Assembly: GCA_038215615.1 (NCBI GenBank)
Contig: JBBQQR010000023.1
Span: 1-31,139, forward strand
From: Vulcanimicrobiales bacterium
GTDB taxonomy: Bacteria; Vulcanimicrobiota; Vulcanimicrobiia; Vulcanimicrobiales; Vulcanimicrobiaceae
Reading direction: 5' to 3'
Length of the DNA stretch: 31,139 bases
Below, piece after piece: positions 23,011 to 31,139 of this stretch. Position numbers and translations under genes: made by a program. Below the pieces are notes generated by a model, which was not told where the DNA came from, did not search any database, and was given only the letters and a program-made list of their open reading frames with translations. Within the stretch, counting starts at the first letter, position 1. Every line of letters starts with the position of its first letter.

Positions 23011-25364
23011 AGGCAGCGTACGGGGTCCGGAAGTCCGCGCTGCTCAATGCATTCTGGATTCCACTGCATTTTCAAGACACAGCGCTGATCGCGATTTCCG
23101 TGCCGGCGGCGATCGTGCGATTCGCGCCGCAAGAGCACGTAAAAGTTTTCGCAGTGCTCGCAGCCCTGGTCTCGCTCGTTTCGATGGTGATTCCGCCGCT
23201 CGCCGGCGCATTCTCGGATCGCCTCCGCCGGCAAGGCGTGCCGCGCCGCGCGTTTATCTTGGGCGGCGCGGCGGTTGACGTCGCATGCCTCGTGATGATG
23301 GCCGAGGTTGGGAACCTCGGCCTTTTCGCACTCTTCCTGTTGCTGGCGACGTTTGGCGCGAATGTTGCCTTGGCCGCATATCAAGCGCTGCTGCCCGACG
23401 TGGTTCCGAAATCGCTGTGGGGAACCGTCTCCGGCGTGCGGGGCGTCGCGATGGTGATTGGCGTCGTCGGAGGTATTGCTCTAGCGGCGGGAACGTATCC
23501 GCAGACGACGTTCATCGGCATCGCGATCGCGATTGGTTTGGGCGCCCTCACGTTATTCGCCGTGCCCGAACGCGATGCGCCTAACGAACGGGAAGATCCC
23601 GCGCACATCAGCGACTGGCACGATTTCACCGTCGTGTTTGTGGCGCGGCTATTTCTGGCGTTCGGGCTCTCGCTGCTCATGACGTTCATTCTTTATTTTT
23701 TCCGCGACGTTTTACACTCGGGCGATCCGAAGGTCGGAACCGCTCTCGTCGCAGCGGCTTCGCTCGTGGGTTCGATAGCATCGGCGGTCTATTTAGGATG
23801 GCTGTCGGACCGCGTTCCCCGCAAGCTTGTCGTCGCCGCGTGCGGAATACCGATGACGCTTGCCGCGGCCGGATTTGCGCTGCTGCCGCAAGAACGCTGG
23901 ATGTATGCGTTCGCGGTTCTCTTCGGGATCGGCTTCGGCGGTGTGCTTTCAACGGGTTGGGCTCTTGCCATCGACACCATTCCGAAAATGCGCGACGTCG
24001 CGCGCGACTTGGGCGTGTGGGGTATCGCTCAGAACTTTCCCGCGGTCATCGCGCCGCTCTTCGGCTGGTGGCTGCTCTCGCTGTACAGTACGCCGCTCCC
24101 GGGGTATCGCTTGCTCTTTCTCACCGCGGCGGGGACCTTCGCGATTGGCTCCATGTCGGCTCTAGCCGTGGGGCAGCGCCCGCTCATGCCTTTGTGGGGA
24201 AGGCCGTTTCAATTCGCAACGGGGCTTGCCGTTTGGATCTATGTGCACATCGCGTACCGGGTGCGGATGTGGGGCAGGCTGCCGCGCAAACGCATTTCGG
24301 CGATCGTTATCTCCAACCATCAAAACGAACTCGATCTCATGGGCTTTACGGCATACGGCTTTCTGATCAGCGGCGTGCGCCGCCCGTTCCTGGCTGCCTC
24401 GGCAAAGCTGCTTTTCGAGCGCGGGTTCATGGCGATGCGAATCCGGTGGCTCTGGCGTGCCCTGCGTAACCTCAACATGAATGGATTCTTCTTAGCGATC
24501 GGATTGCGGCCGATCGAAAACGAGCTGCAGTCGCGCTCGATCGCGCGTTGGGCCTGGAGCGTCGAGCGACTGCACGGCCGGCTGGCGATGGAAGACATTT
24601 TTAAAGAAAGTGCGGTCGAACGGTTCGGTTTACGCGGACTCAAGACACGAGATCTGTTTTCGGCCGCGCATTTTAAGGAAGCGACGGAAACCTACGTGCG
24701 CATTACCGAGTTGCAGGCGAAGTACGGCAAGGAACAACTGGACCTAATGCGCAGCGGCGTTGCCGCAGATCTCGACCGTTTCGAAGATGTCGTGAAGCGC
24801 GGCGCGACCCTCTATGTCACGCCCGAAGGAGGATACACCGTAACGGGCGCGATGCTCCCGTTCCGGGCGATCTGGGAGCGATTGGAGCCCTTTGCTCGCG
24901 AAATTTACATCGCGGCAATCAGCTATGACCCCTTCGCTCCGAAATTTTCGCAGCTCTATCGCGTGTTGACGCTCGAGAACCGCGAAGATGCCGCCGCCGA
25001 ACTCTGCGCGGCCCGTCCGGTCACCGTGAGCGCCGTGCTTTCGGCGTGGATGCTCGGGCTGGGCGGCCCTTTTACGGAGGCCGAAGCGCTGCGCGCCGTC
25101 ACCGAAAGTTTGCGGCAGATGCCTGAAAATGTCTTCGTTGACCCGGAATTAGCTCGCTTGCCCGAAGAGGTAACGAAGCGGGCGTTGGCAGCTTTGCTGC
25201 GTTTGGGAATCACGGCGCGAGTGGACGCCCACTACATGCTTTTGAAAAAACGAAAGCATCCGAATTATCCGATGGTGGATGATATCGTGGCGTTTCAAGC
25301 AACATTTATTGGGGAGACGCTTGCAGCCGCGCAGAGCATCCAAGCGCGTTTGGCGGCCGTGTAG
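23007..25364 (+). CDS. MFS transporter fused to a PlsC/GPAT-like acyltransferase domain
   Basis: About 12 hydrophobic helices with GAFSDR and GWLSDR (motif A); then ISNHQNELD (HX4D) and VTPEG acyltransferase motifs. The start is extended to CTG 23007 to include TM1; the ORF track begins at GTG 23100. Confidence 0.85.
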   Translation: MKAAYGVRKSALLNAFWIPLHFQDTALIAISVPAAIVRFAPQEHVKVFAVLAALVSLVSMVIPPLAGAFSDRLRRQGVPRRAFILGGAAVDVACLVMMAEVGNLGLFALFLLLATFGANVALAAYQALLPDVVPKSLWGTVSGVRGVAMVIGVVGGIALAAGTYPQTTFIGIAIAIGLGALTLFAVPERDAPNEREDPAHISDWHDFTVVFVARLFLAFGLSLLMTFILYFFRDVLHSGDPKVGTALVAAASLVGSIASAVYLGWLSDRVPRKLVVAACGIPMTLAAAGFALLPQERWMYAFAVLFGIGFGGVLSTGWALAIDTIPKMRDVARDLGVWGIAQNFPAVIAPLFGWWLLSLYSTPLPGYRLLFLTAAGTFAIGSMSALAVGQRPLMPLWGRPFQFATGLAVWIYVHIAYRVRMWGRLPRKRISAIVISNHQNELDLMGFTAYGFLISGVRRPFLAASAKLLFERGFMAMRIRWLWRALRNLNMNGFFLAIGLRPIENELQSRSIARWAWSVERLHGRLAMEDIFKESAVERFGLRGLKTRDLFSAAHFKEATETYVRITELQAKYGKEQLDLMRSGVAADLDRFEDVVKRGATLYVTPEGGYTVTGAMLPFRAIWERLEPFAREIYIAAISYDPFAPKFSQLYRVLTLENREDAAAELCAARPVTVSAVLSAWMLGLGGPFTEAEALRAVTESLRQMPENVFVDPELARLPEEVTKRALAALLRLGITARVDAHYMLLKKRKHPNYPMVDDIVAFQATFIGETLAAAQSIQARLAAV

Positions 25365-25374
25365 GAGACGCCAC

Positions 25375-26703
25375 TTAAAGCGGGGCCTCTTTTTTAGTGA
25401 CCGCTTGCCAGATGAAATAGAGCGCGATGCCCGCGAGCAGAATGGCGATTCCGATCGACGTTTGCACCGGCTCGCCGATGAACGTGCGCACGACGACCGC
25501 CACACTGGCAACAATAAAGAAAAACGTCGTGTAAGGATGGCCCGGTACGAGGAAACCGCCGCGGACGTTTCCTTTATCCCGGCGGCGGAAGACGAAGAGC
25601 GTATACGCGACGAGTGCGAAATAGATAAAGTCGATCGAAACGACGTAAGCGAGAATCTGCGGGAAGCCGTTAAAGATCGTTATGACTGCCGCGATGATGC
25701 CTTGAACGGCGATCGCGACAACGGGCGCCTGCGTTTTCGGGTGGACCCAAGCCAGCCGTTTGAAAAATAAGCCGTCAGCGGCCATGGCGTAGTAGAGGCG
25801 AGGCGAAACTAAAATCGCGTTGCTTAAGTATCCGAGTGTGGAGAGTGCGACCGCGGCCGCGACAGCACGCACGCCGGTCGATCCCAGGACGTTGCGCATC
25901 ATGTCGGCGGCGGGCGCGCTTGAACCCGCCAAGCCGGCCGGTCCCAACATGCGAAGCGCGGCAAAGGTAATGGCGATATAGAGAACCATCACGGCGAGTA
26001 CGCCCCATAGCAGCGCGCGGGGCATGCCGCGCCGCGCGTCGCGCATTTCTTCGTCGATGAACGGAGCGGTTTGCCATCCGTCATACGCAAAGAGCACCGG
26101 CACCATCGCCGCGCCCACCAGCCAGAGCCAATTTCCATTGACGGGTAACTGGAGGAGCGGCGCCGCGGCGCGTGCCGGCCCGAAGAATCCGGCCAGGATG
26201 ATTGCGGCAATCGCTCCGATTTTCAAGATCATGAGAACGTTTTGCGTGAGACTTCCCGGCCGCACTCCCAGACAATTTACGAACGTAAGAAGCAGAAGAA
26301 CTGCCGCCGCGACGATCCACAGCGGCGTGTGCAATCCGAGTACCGGCTGAAAGTACGCGGCAAACGCGACTGCTGAAGCCGCCATTGCGCCCGTGTAACT
26401 GATCAAGAGCGCCGTCCACCCGGCTGTGAAAGCGATTGCCGGATGCAGCCCGTCGCGCAGATATCCGTAGACGCCGGCAACGGCTGGACGCCGCCACGCC
26501 AGCTCCGCAAAAATGAACGCGCCTGCGAGCGCGATGATCCCTCCGAAGATCCAGGCGGTTACGATCAGAGGCGCGGTTTTCGCCAGTTGCGCGATAAGCG
26601 GCGGGGTCAGGAAGATACCGGAGCCGACCATACCGCCCATAACGATGAGGGTCGCGTCGAAGGTCGTCAGCTTACGCGCGAGTTTAACACCGGCGTCCGG
26701 CAT
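25375..26703 (-). CDS. APC family amino-acid permease
   Basis: GGMVGSGIF, FAEL....P..AGVY.YL, FAYDGW, EEMRD..R..PRA, PRLYYAMAADGLF. Confidence 0.93.
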   Translation of the reverse strand: MPDAGVKLARKLTTFDATLIVMGGMVGSGIFLTPPLIAQLAKTAPLIVTAWIFGGIIALAGAFIFAELAWRRPAVAGVYGYLRDGLHPAIAFTAGWTALLISYTGAMAASAVAFAAYFQPVLGLHTPLWIVAAAVLLLLTFVNCLGVRPGSLTQNVLMILKIGAIAAIILAGFFGPARAAAPLLQLPVNGNWLWLVGAAMVPVLFAYDGWQTAPFIDEEMRDARRGMPRALLWGVLAVMVLYIAITFAALRMLGPAGLAGSSAPAADMMRNVLGSTGVRAVAAAVALSTLGYLSNAILVSPRLYYAMAADGLFFKRLAWVHPKTQAPVVAIAVQGIIAAVITIFNGFPQILAYVVSIDFIYFALVAYTLFVFRRRDKGNVRGGFLVPGHPYTTFFFIVASVAVVVRTFIGEPVQTSIGIAILLAGIALYFIWQAVTKKEAPL

Positions 26704-27804
26704 TTACTGCATGACCTGTTTGTAGTGGCGGTCGAACGCGTCGAGCAAACCTTCTTGTTGTGAATACGGCCCAGGTGTATATGCGCGCGAAGTAATGCCT
26801 CGTTGCGTGAGCTCGCTAACGGCCCAGTCTTGCCGGTTCGTCAGATCCCAAAATTCGACGGCGTCGGAACAATCGAAATCCGGCGCCCGCATCGTCAGCG
26901 GATCGAAGAACCAGTCGCAGACGATGCGCGTGTGTCCAGAATCCAGCGGCTGGACGGAGTGCACCATGACGTAATCCGGGTGCAGGCTCAAAAACATCGA
27001 CGGAAAGATCGTGTAATAGTAGACGCGCGAGCGGTTCGCTTCACCGGCCAGCAGCGGTCGTTTCGTTTTTCCGCTCGCATTGAGCGTTGTGGCGGTGTCG
27101 CGCAATTCGGAGTAGCCGCCTAAGAACGGACCCTCAAGCAAATCGTTGTGTCCACTGTCCGATGACGAGAGCCGCTCGAGCTGAGGGTGGATGACCGGGC
27201 AGTGGTAGCATTCGGAATAATTTTGGAAGACAAACTTCCAATTACAGGCAGCGTCGTATGTGATCGAGGCGGCACGCCGCAGCTCGGGCAGCCGCCATGC
27301 GGAAAAGCGGCCGGCAAGCGGTGAGAAGGCGTCGCTGAGCGGCTCCCGTGGATCGAGCGCCGCAAAAATAAAGCCTTCGAAAGATGCGACCGACGCTTCC
27401 CGCAGCGGATACGCTGCCGAGTCGAACCCATCGACGCCGTCCATGTTGCGCGCGGCGCGTAGCCTCCCGTCGAGCCCGTACGTCCACGCGTGATAAGGGC
27501 ACTGAATGGTGCCTTTGAATTCACCGCGTTCTTGGCTGCACAGTCTTGTGCCGCGGTGACGGCAGACGTTGTAAAACGCGTGCAACGTACCGGCTTGAGC
27601 GCGCGTAAGGATGAGGCTTTCGCCCGCTATTTCACGCGTGACGAAGGATCCCGGTACGGCGAGATCCTCCTCGCGTGCCGCGTATATCCAGGAGCGCGTG
27701 AAGATGCGCTCGTCTTCACGGGCGCGAATCTCCGGCGACAGATACCACTCGGCGGCGAGCGTGCGCGCCCCGGGTGCAACCGGCGCTTTCACGAAGGTCG
27801 TCAC
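26704..27804 (-). CDS. Rieske non-heme iron oxygenase alpha subunit (GbcA/Stc2/choline monooxygenase-like)
   Basis: NVCRHRG and CPYHAWTY Rieske ligands; NWK....NYSECYHCPVIHP mononuclear Fe site; QD...QRG..S..Y.PGPYS..E. Confidence 0.92.
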   Translation of the reverse strand: MTTFVKAPVAPGARTLAAEWYLSPEIRAREDERIFTRSWIYAAREEDLAVPGSFVTREIAGESLILTRAQAGTLHAFYNVCRHRGTRLCSQERGEFKGTIQCPYHAWTYGLDGRLRAARNMDGVDGFDSAAYPLREASVASFEGFIFAALDPREPLSDAFSPLAGRFSAWRLPELRRAASITYDAACNWKFVFQNYSECYHCPVIHPQLERLSSSDSGHNDLLEGPFLGGYSELRDTATTLNASGKTKRPLLAGEANRSRVYYYTIFPSMFLSLHPDYVMVHSVQPLDSGHTRIVCDWFFDPLTMRAPDFDCSDAVEFWDLTNRQDWAVSELTQRGITSRAYTPGPYSQQEGLLDAFDRHYKQVMQ

Positions 27805-27841
27805 GAATCGCGCCTTCCGCGCGCGTTATTTGCGCGCCTGT

Positions 27842-28444
27842 TTAGTTGCGGAGCAGCTGAGGGAAGCGGTGCCGCAGCGCGACGAGTTTCGGTTTGTCGT
27901 TATAGACGATGTACGGGTTATCCGGATTATGCGCCATGAAGTCTTGATGGTAGGCTTCCGCGGCATAAAACGCGCGCAATGGTTCAATCTTCGTGACGAT
28001 TGGGCCCGGATAGGCCTTTGCGCTTGTCAAGTGGTTGATGTAGGTTTGCGCTTCGTCGCCCTGTGCCGCGGTCGCGTAAAAAATCTCTGAACGGTATTGC
28101 GAGCCATCGTCGGGACCTTGCCGGTTGAGTTCGGTCGGATCGTGCGCTACCAGGAAATAGACATCGAGCAGCTGCTTGAATGAAATGTGCGCCGGATCAT
28201 AGGTGACTTCAACGGACTCCGCGTGGCCGGTCATGCCGGTGCTGACGATGTCGTAATGCGCCGTCAGCGCGTTCCCGCCCGAGTAGCCGGCGACGACTTT
28301 GGTGACGCCCTTGAGAGGTTCGAAGACGCCTTGCATGCCCCAAAAACACCCGCCCGCGAGGACGACGTGTTGCAGCGGTGCGGCCGAAGCCGTTGGGGGC
28401 AGCAGAAGGGAGAGGCCGAATAGCAGGGCGATCGCGCGTTTCAC
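27842..28444 (-). CDS. msrA: Peptide methionine sulfoxide reductase A, exported
   Basis: GGCFWG, GYSGG, TGHAESV, HDPT..NRQGPD.G.QYRS, AEAYHQ; signal peptide from GTG 28444 (KRAIALLFGLSLLLPPTASA). Confidence 0.95.
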   Translation of the reverse strand: MKRAIALLFGLSLLLPPTASAAPLQHVVLAGGCFWGMQGVFEPLKGVTKVVAGYSGGNALTAHYDIVSTGMTGHAESVEVTYDPAHISFKQLLDVYFLVAHDPTELNRQGPDDGSQYRSEIFYATAAQGDEAQTYINHLTSAKAYPGPIVTKIEPLRAFYAAEAYHQDFMAHNPDNPYIVYNDKPKLVALRHRFPQLLRN

Positions 28445-28497
28445 GATCGATATAACGCGCGGCAGGTTGTCTTGGATGCAGCAATCAAGCCGCACGC

Positions 28498-29196
28498 ATG
28501 AGATTTTATGCAAACGTGCTGCTTGCTATAGCCTTGGCCGGTGCGTTCGGCGGTCAGTGCAGGGCCGCGGAGCCCGGTGTAACGGCAACCGGAATCCCGT
28601 TGAATGCTCCATGGAAGGTGACGGTGTATCAACTGGCCCTTTCCACGTTTAAGCATCCTGCTTGGGGGTGGCAGCATTCCGAACGAAACTACCGCGTCGC
28701 GCTTGCGCTGGCGAAAGGCGATGGCTTAAAAGTTGATGACGATGTCTTGTTTGCCGCCGCATTCCTGCACGACATGAGTGCTTTCCAGCCGTGCGCCGAC
28801 CCGAAGATGGAACACGGTGATTGCGCAGCGTTTTCAAGCGCAGCGATCTTGAAATCCGCGGGCTTTCCGATGCAGAAGTATACCGCAGTCGCCGCCGCAG
28901 AGCGTGGCCACATGTATTACCGCGATCCCGGAACGCAACCGGAGGCGATCGTGCTGCACGATGCCGATTCCCTTGATTTTCTAGGAGCGATCGGCGCCGC
29001 CCGGATGCTTTCATTGACGGGAAGCTCCAAGGTTGACTTTGCAGGCGCGGTAAAGTCGCTGCGTTCGTTCTTGAACGACATTCCGCCCAAACTCGTCACC
29101 CGGACGGCGCGCGCAATGGCTGTGGTTCGGGTCGCGGAGTTGCAGAAGTTTCTCCACGCGCTCGATCGTGAGACGTTCAACAGCAAGGCGATGTAG
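28498..29196 (+). CDS. HD-domain protein with N-terminal signal peptide
   Basis: WQHSER, AAFLHD, EHG, GHMYY, LHDADSLDFLGAIGAAR metal-ligand pattern; hydrophobic N-terminus. Confidence 0.87.
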   Translation: MRFYANVLLAIALAGAFGGQCRAAEPGVTATGIPLNAPWKVTVYQLALSTFKHPAWGWQHSERNYRVALALAKGDGLKVDDDVLFAAAFLHDMSAFQPCADPKMEHGDCAAFSSAAILKSAGFPMQKYTAVAAAERGHMYYRDPGTQPEAIVLHDADSLDFLGAIGAARMLSLTGSSKVDFAGAVKSLRSFLNDIPPKLVTRTARAMAVVRVAELQKFLHALDRETFNSKAM

Positions 29197-29199
29197 CGC

Positions 29200-29502
29200 G
29201 TGGCGAGCTATAGCCATGAATTAGCCGCTGCGCGCCGCCAAGGCCGAGAAGCATTCGACTCAATGGAAGCGTGGGTCAGCGCTCCGGCCGACGCGCCCGA
29301 AGTTCCGGGCGCCGTGCTGGAAGGCTACGCGCGAAACCTGCGCGAGAGTCGCGAGAACCTGCGGAAGCTCCGCGAGGATCACGGTGAACGCGATGACATT
29401 GCCGCGGCGCTCACAGAAAGCGAAGAGTTTCATCGCTCCCTCGGATTGAGCATTCGGGACATGCCCGACCCCGAAACCGAGCCCGAACCTGAATCGGAAT
29501 AG
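29200..29502 (+). CDS. Hypothetical small helical protein
   Basis: 100-aa ORF starting 3 nt after the HD gene stop; acidic EPEPE tail; no recognised motif. Confidence 0.55.
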   Translation: MASYSHELAAARRQGREAFDSMEAWVSAPADAPEVPGAVLEGYARNLRESRENLRKLREDHGERDDIAAALTESEEFHRSLGLSIRDMPDPETEPEPESE

Positions 29503-29542
29503 CGCGGATGAGTCGCCGGGGGCCTCACGAAATTAATTTACC

Positions 29543-29767
29543 TTAGCGATGCGGGCACCCGGCCCAACAACAAGGGCGGCGCATACCCTTTCGCATTTTA
29601 TCAAGGCCAACGGTTATGCGGCGCTCTCTTGTTTTATCTTGCTTAGCAGACGTAACCCAGCAGATCTATTCATTGCGCGCTAATGGTGTGATGTCCATCC
29701 ACACAGCTTTTGCAATCGGGTCAAACTGGATTGCCTTGCGGAAATCCGCGGGTATTCTATGGACCAT
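29543..29767 (-). pseudogene. YdeI/OmdA (OmpD-associated) family gene interrupted by an in-frame TAG
   Basis: MVHRIPADFRKAI...VWMDITPLARNE*ICWVTSAKQDKTRERRI...KGMRRPCCWAGCPHR*; TAG at 29666-29668 falls where the family has Trp (RNEWICW). Confidence 0.82.
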
Positions 29768-29858
29768 GATACGACGGCGCTTCGACGCGCAATTGGCCTC
29801 GTTCCCGTCGAGGTGCGCAGACGTTCGGGCATCCGCGTTGGCTCGGCTGAGTGTCTGT

Positions 29859-31139
29859 TTAGCTGCAGCCGCTCGTCGCCCCACAAGAATCGCACTTTTC
29901 ACAAGAGCCGTTGCGAACCATCGTGAGTTGCCCGCAGTCGGAGCACGCGTTTCCTGTATATCCCTTGGCCTTTGCCGCGGTGATCTGCGCGGATTTCATT
30001 GCCACTACCGTTGCAGTACCGGCCGTTGTCATCGCGGGAACGTTGCCGGTGCTTGCGATCGCGCGATCGACGACATCCAGCGTTTGGGCATGCGGTGCCG
30101 ATCCATTCATCCGCAGATGGGAGCTGGTCGGATGCATTTTCTCGCTGACCCCCGCGGTCACATACTGCACTTCTCCGGCTTCCTCGCCAAAGTAATCTTC
30201 CTGGCGAACCGGTCCCATCGAGTCCATATCCATGTCGGGCTGCACGTGCGCGAGCTCGTAGCGGCCGAGATAGCTTACTGCCAGTTCGCGGAAGATGTAG
30301 TCGAGAATCGACGTGGCCATTTTGATATGATCGTGGCCGACGACCGGTCCGTTGGGCTCAAAACGCGTAAACGTGAACGCATCGACAAACTCTTCGAGCG
30401 GTACGCCGTGTTGTAGACCCAGCGAAACGGCGATGGCAAAGTTATTCATCAGCGAGCGGAAGGCGGCGCCTTCCTTATGCATGTCGATAAAGATCTCGCC
30501 GAGCTGTCCGCCTTCATACTCGCCCGTGCGCAGGTAGACTTTGTGGCCTCCAACGATCGCCTTTTGCGTGTAGCCGCTGCGCCGCTCCGGCATACGCCGG
30601 CGCTTGGCAATGTAGCGGTACACGATACGCTCGGCGATTTGCAGCGGATGCTGGAAGGCCGCCGGCGGTTGATCGTCCTCGGTAATCTCCCCGCCGAGAT
30701 CCGATGTCGATGCTAAGGGCTGCGAGAGTTTCGAGCCGTCGCGATACAGCGCGACCGCTTTGATCATGCGCTCCCAAGCGTAGCGGTAGGCTTCCTTCAC
30801 GTCGCCGATCGTCGCGGTTTGCGGGAAATTGATGGTCTTAGAAATGGCGCCGCTGACGAAGGGTTGGGCGGCGGCCATCATGTCGATGTGCGCGAGCGGA
30901 CGGATGAATCGCAGTCCATGTTTGCCGCACGGGTTGGCGCAATCGAAAACAAACAGGTGCTCGTCCTTCAAATGCGGCGCGCCCTCGAGGGTCATGCGGC
31001 CGCAGATTACGTCGGACGCCTCGTCGATCTGTCTTTGTGTGAATCCGAGACCGTCGCGCAGGATGGAGTAGCTCCACATATCGAGCTTGTCGTTGGCAAT
31101 ACCTAGCGTTTTCGTGCAGAATTCCTCGCCGAGTACGAA
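29859..31139 (-). CDS. nrdJ: Adenosylcobalamin-dependent (class II) ribonucleotide reductase, 3' part (5' end outside the window)
   Basis: [34 protein letters not shown]-like domain ([20 protein letters not shown]...[10 protein letters not shown]), C-terminal CSDCG...[14 protein letters not shown]; frame is open to 31139. Confidence 0.95.
   Translation of the reverse strand, partial: FVLGEEFCTKTLGIANDKLDMWSYSILRDGLGFTQRQIDEASDVICGRMTLEGAPHLKDEHLFVFDCANPCGKHGLRFIRPLAHIDMMAAAQPFVSGAISKTINFPQTATIGDVKEAYRYAWERMIKAVALYRDGSKLSQPLASTSDLGGEITEDDQPPAAFQHPLQIAERIVYRYIAKRRRMPERRSGYTQKAIVGGHKVYLRTGEYEGGQLGEIFIDMHKEGAAFRSLMNNFAIAVSLGLQHGVPLEEFVDAFTFTRFEPNGPVVGHDHIKMATSILDYIFRELAVSYLGRYELAHVQPDMDMDSMGPVRQEDYFGEEAGEVQYVTAGVSEKMHPTSSHLRMNGSAPHAQTLDVVDRAIASTGNVPAMTTAGTATVVAMKSAQITAAKAKGYTGNACSDCGQLTMVRNGSCEKCDSCGATSGCS

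Noticed and set aside
7902..29668. Amber (TAG) recoding or pyrrolysine, suggested by two in-frame TAGs with continuing frames (7902, 29666)
   Set aside because: TAG ends conserved genes at their expected lengths (rpmF, fabG, rimM, the cystathionine lyase). The 29666 site is a conserved Trp codon one transition away, and no pyl genes or suppressor tRNA are in the window.

Overview
High-GC bacterial chromosomal window, mostly housekeeping. The gene order and protein style suggest a Terrabacteria-group organism, possibly Ca. Eremiobacterota/Vulcanimicrobiota; this is inference only. From left to right: a reverse-transsulfuration pair (CBS plus cystathionine gamma-lyase/synthase); yvcK/glmR behind a stand-alone RapZ C-terminal domain; RNase P RNA; three tRNAs (Ala-GGC, Ala-TGC, Ile-GAT) outside any rRNA operon; a condensed yceD-rpmF-fabH-fabD-fabG-acpP-ffh-rpsP-khpA-rimM superoperon; several secreted or envelope proteins; a DoxX/HxlR redox pair; a large BNR/VPS10 beta-propeller protein; an MFS-acyltransferase fusion; a Rieske oxygenase with an APC permease; an exported MsrA; an exported HD protein; a YdeI/OmdA-like pseudogene; and the 3' part of class II ribonucleotide reductase. 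No CRISPR array, transposase, integrase or rRNA was seen. The best candidate for an undescribed system is the coupled three-gene operon at 8169-9432 (- strand): a signal-peptide-less GH23 enzyme with goose-lysozyme-type catalytic residues, followed by two small paralogous helical proteins (20/42 identical C-termini), one with a glycine-zipper N-terminus. All assignments come from motif recognition by eye; no database search was run.
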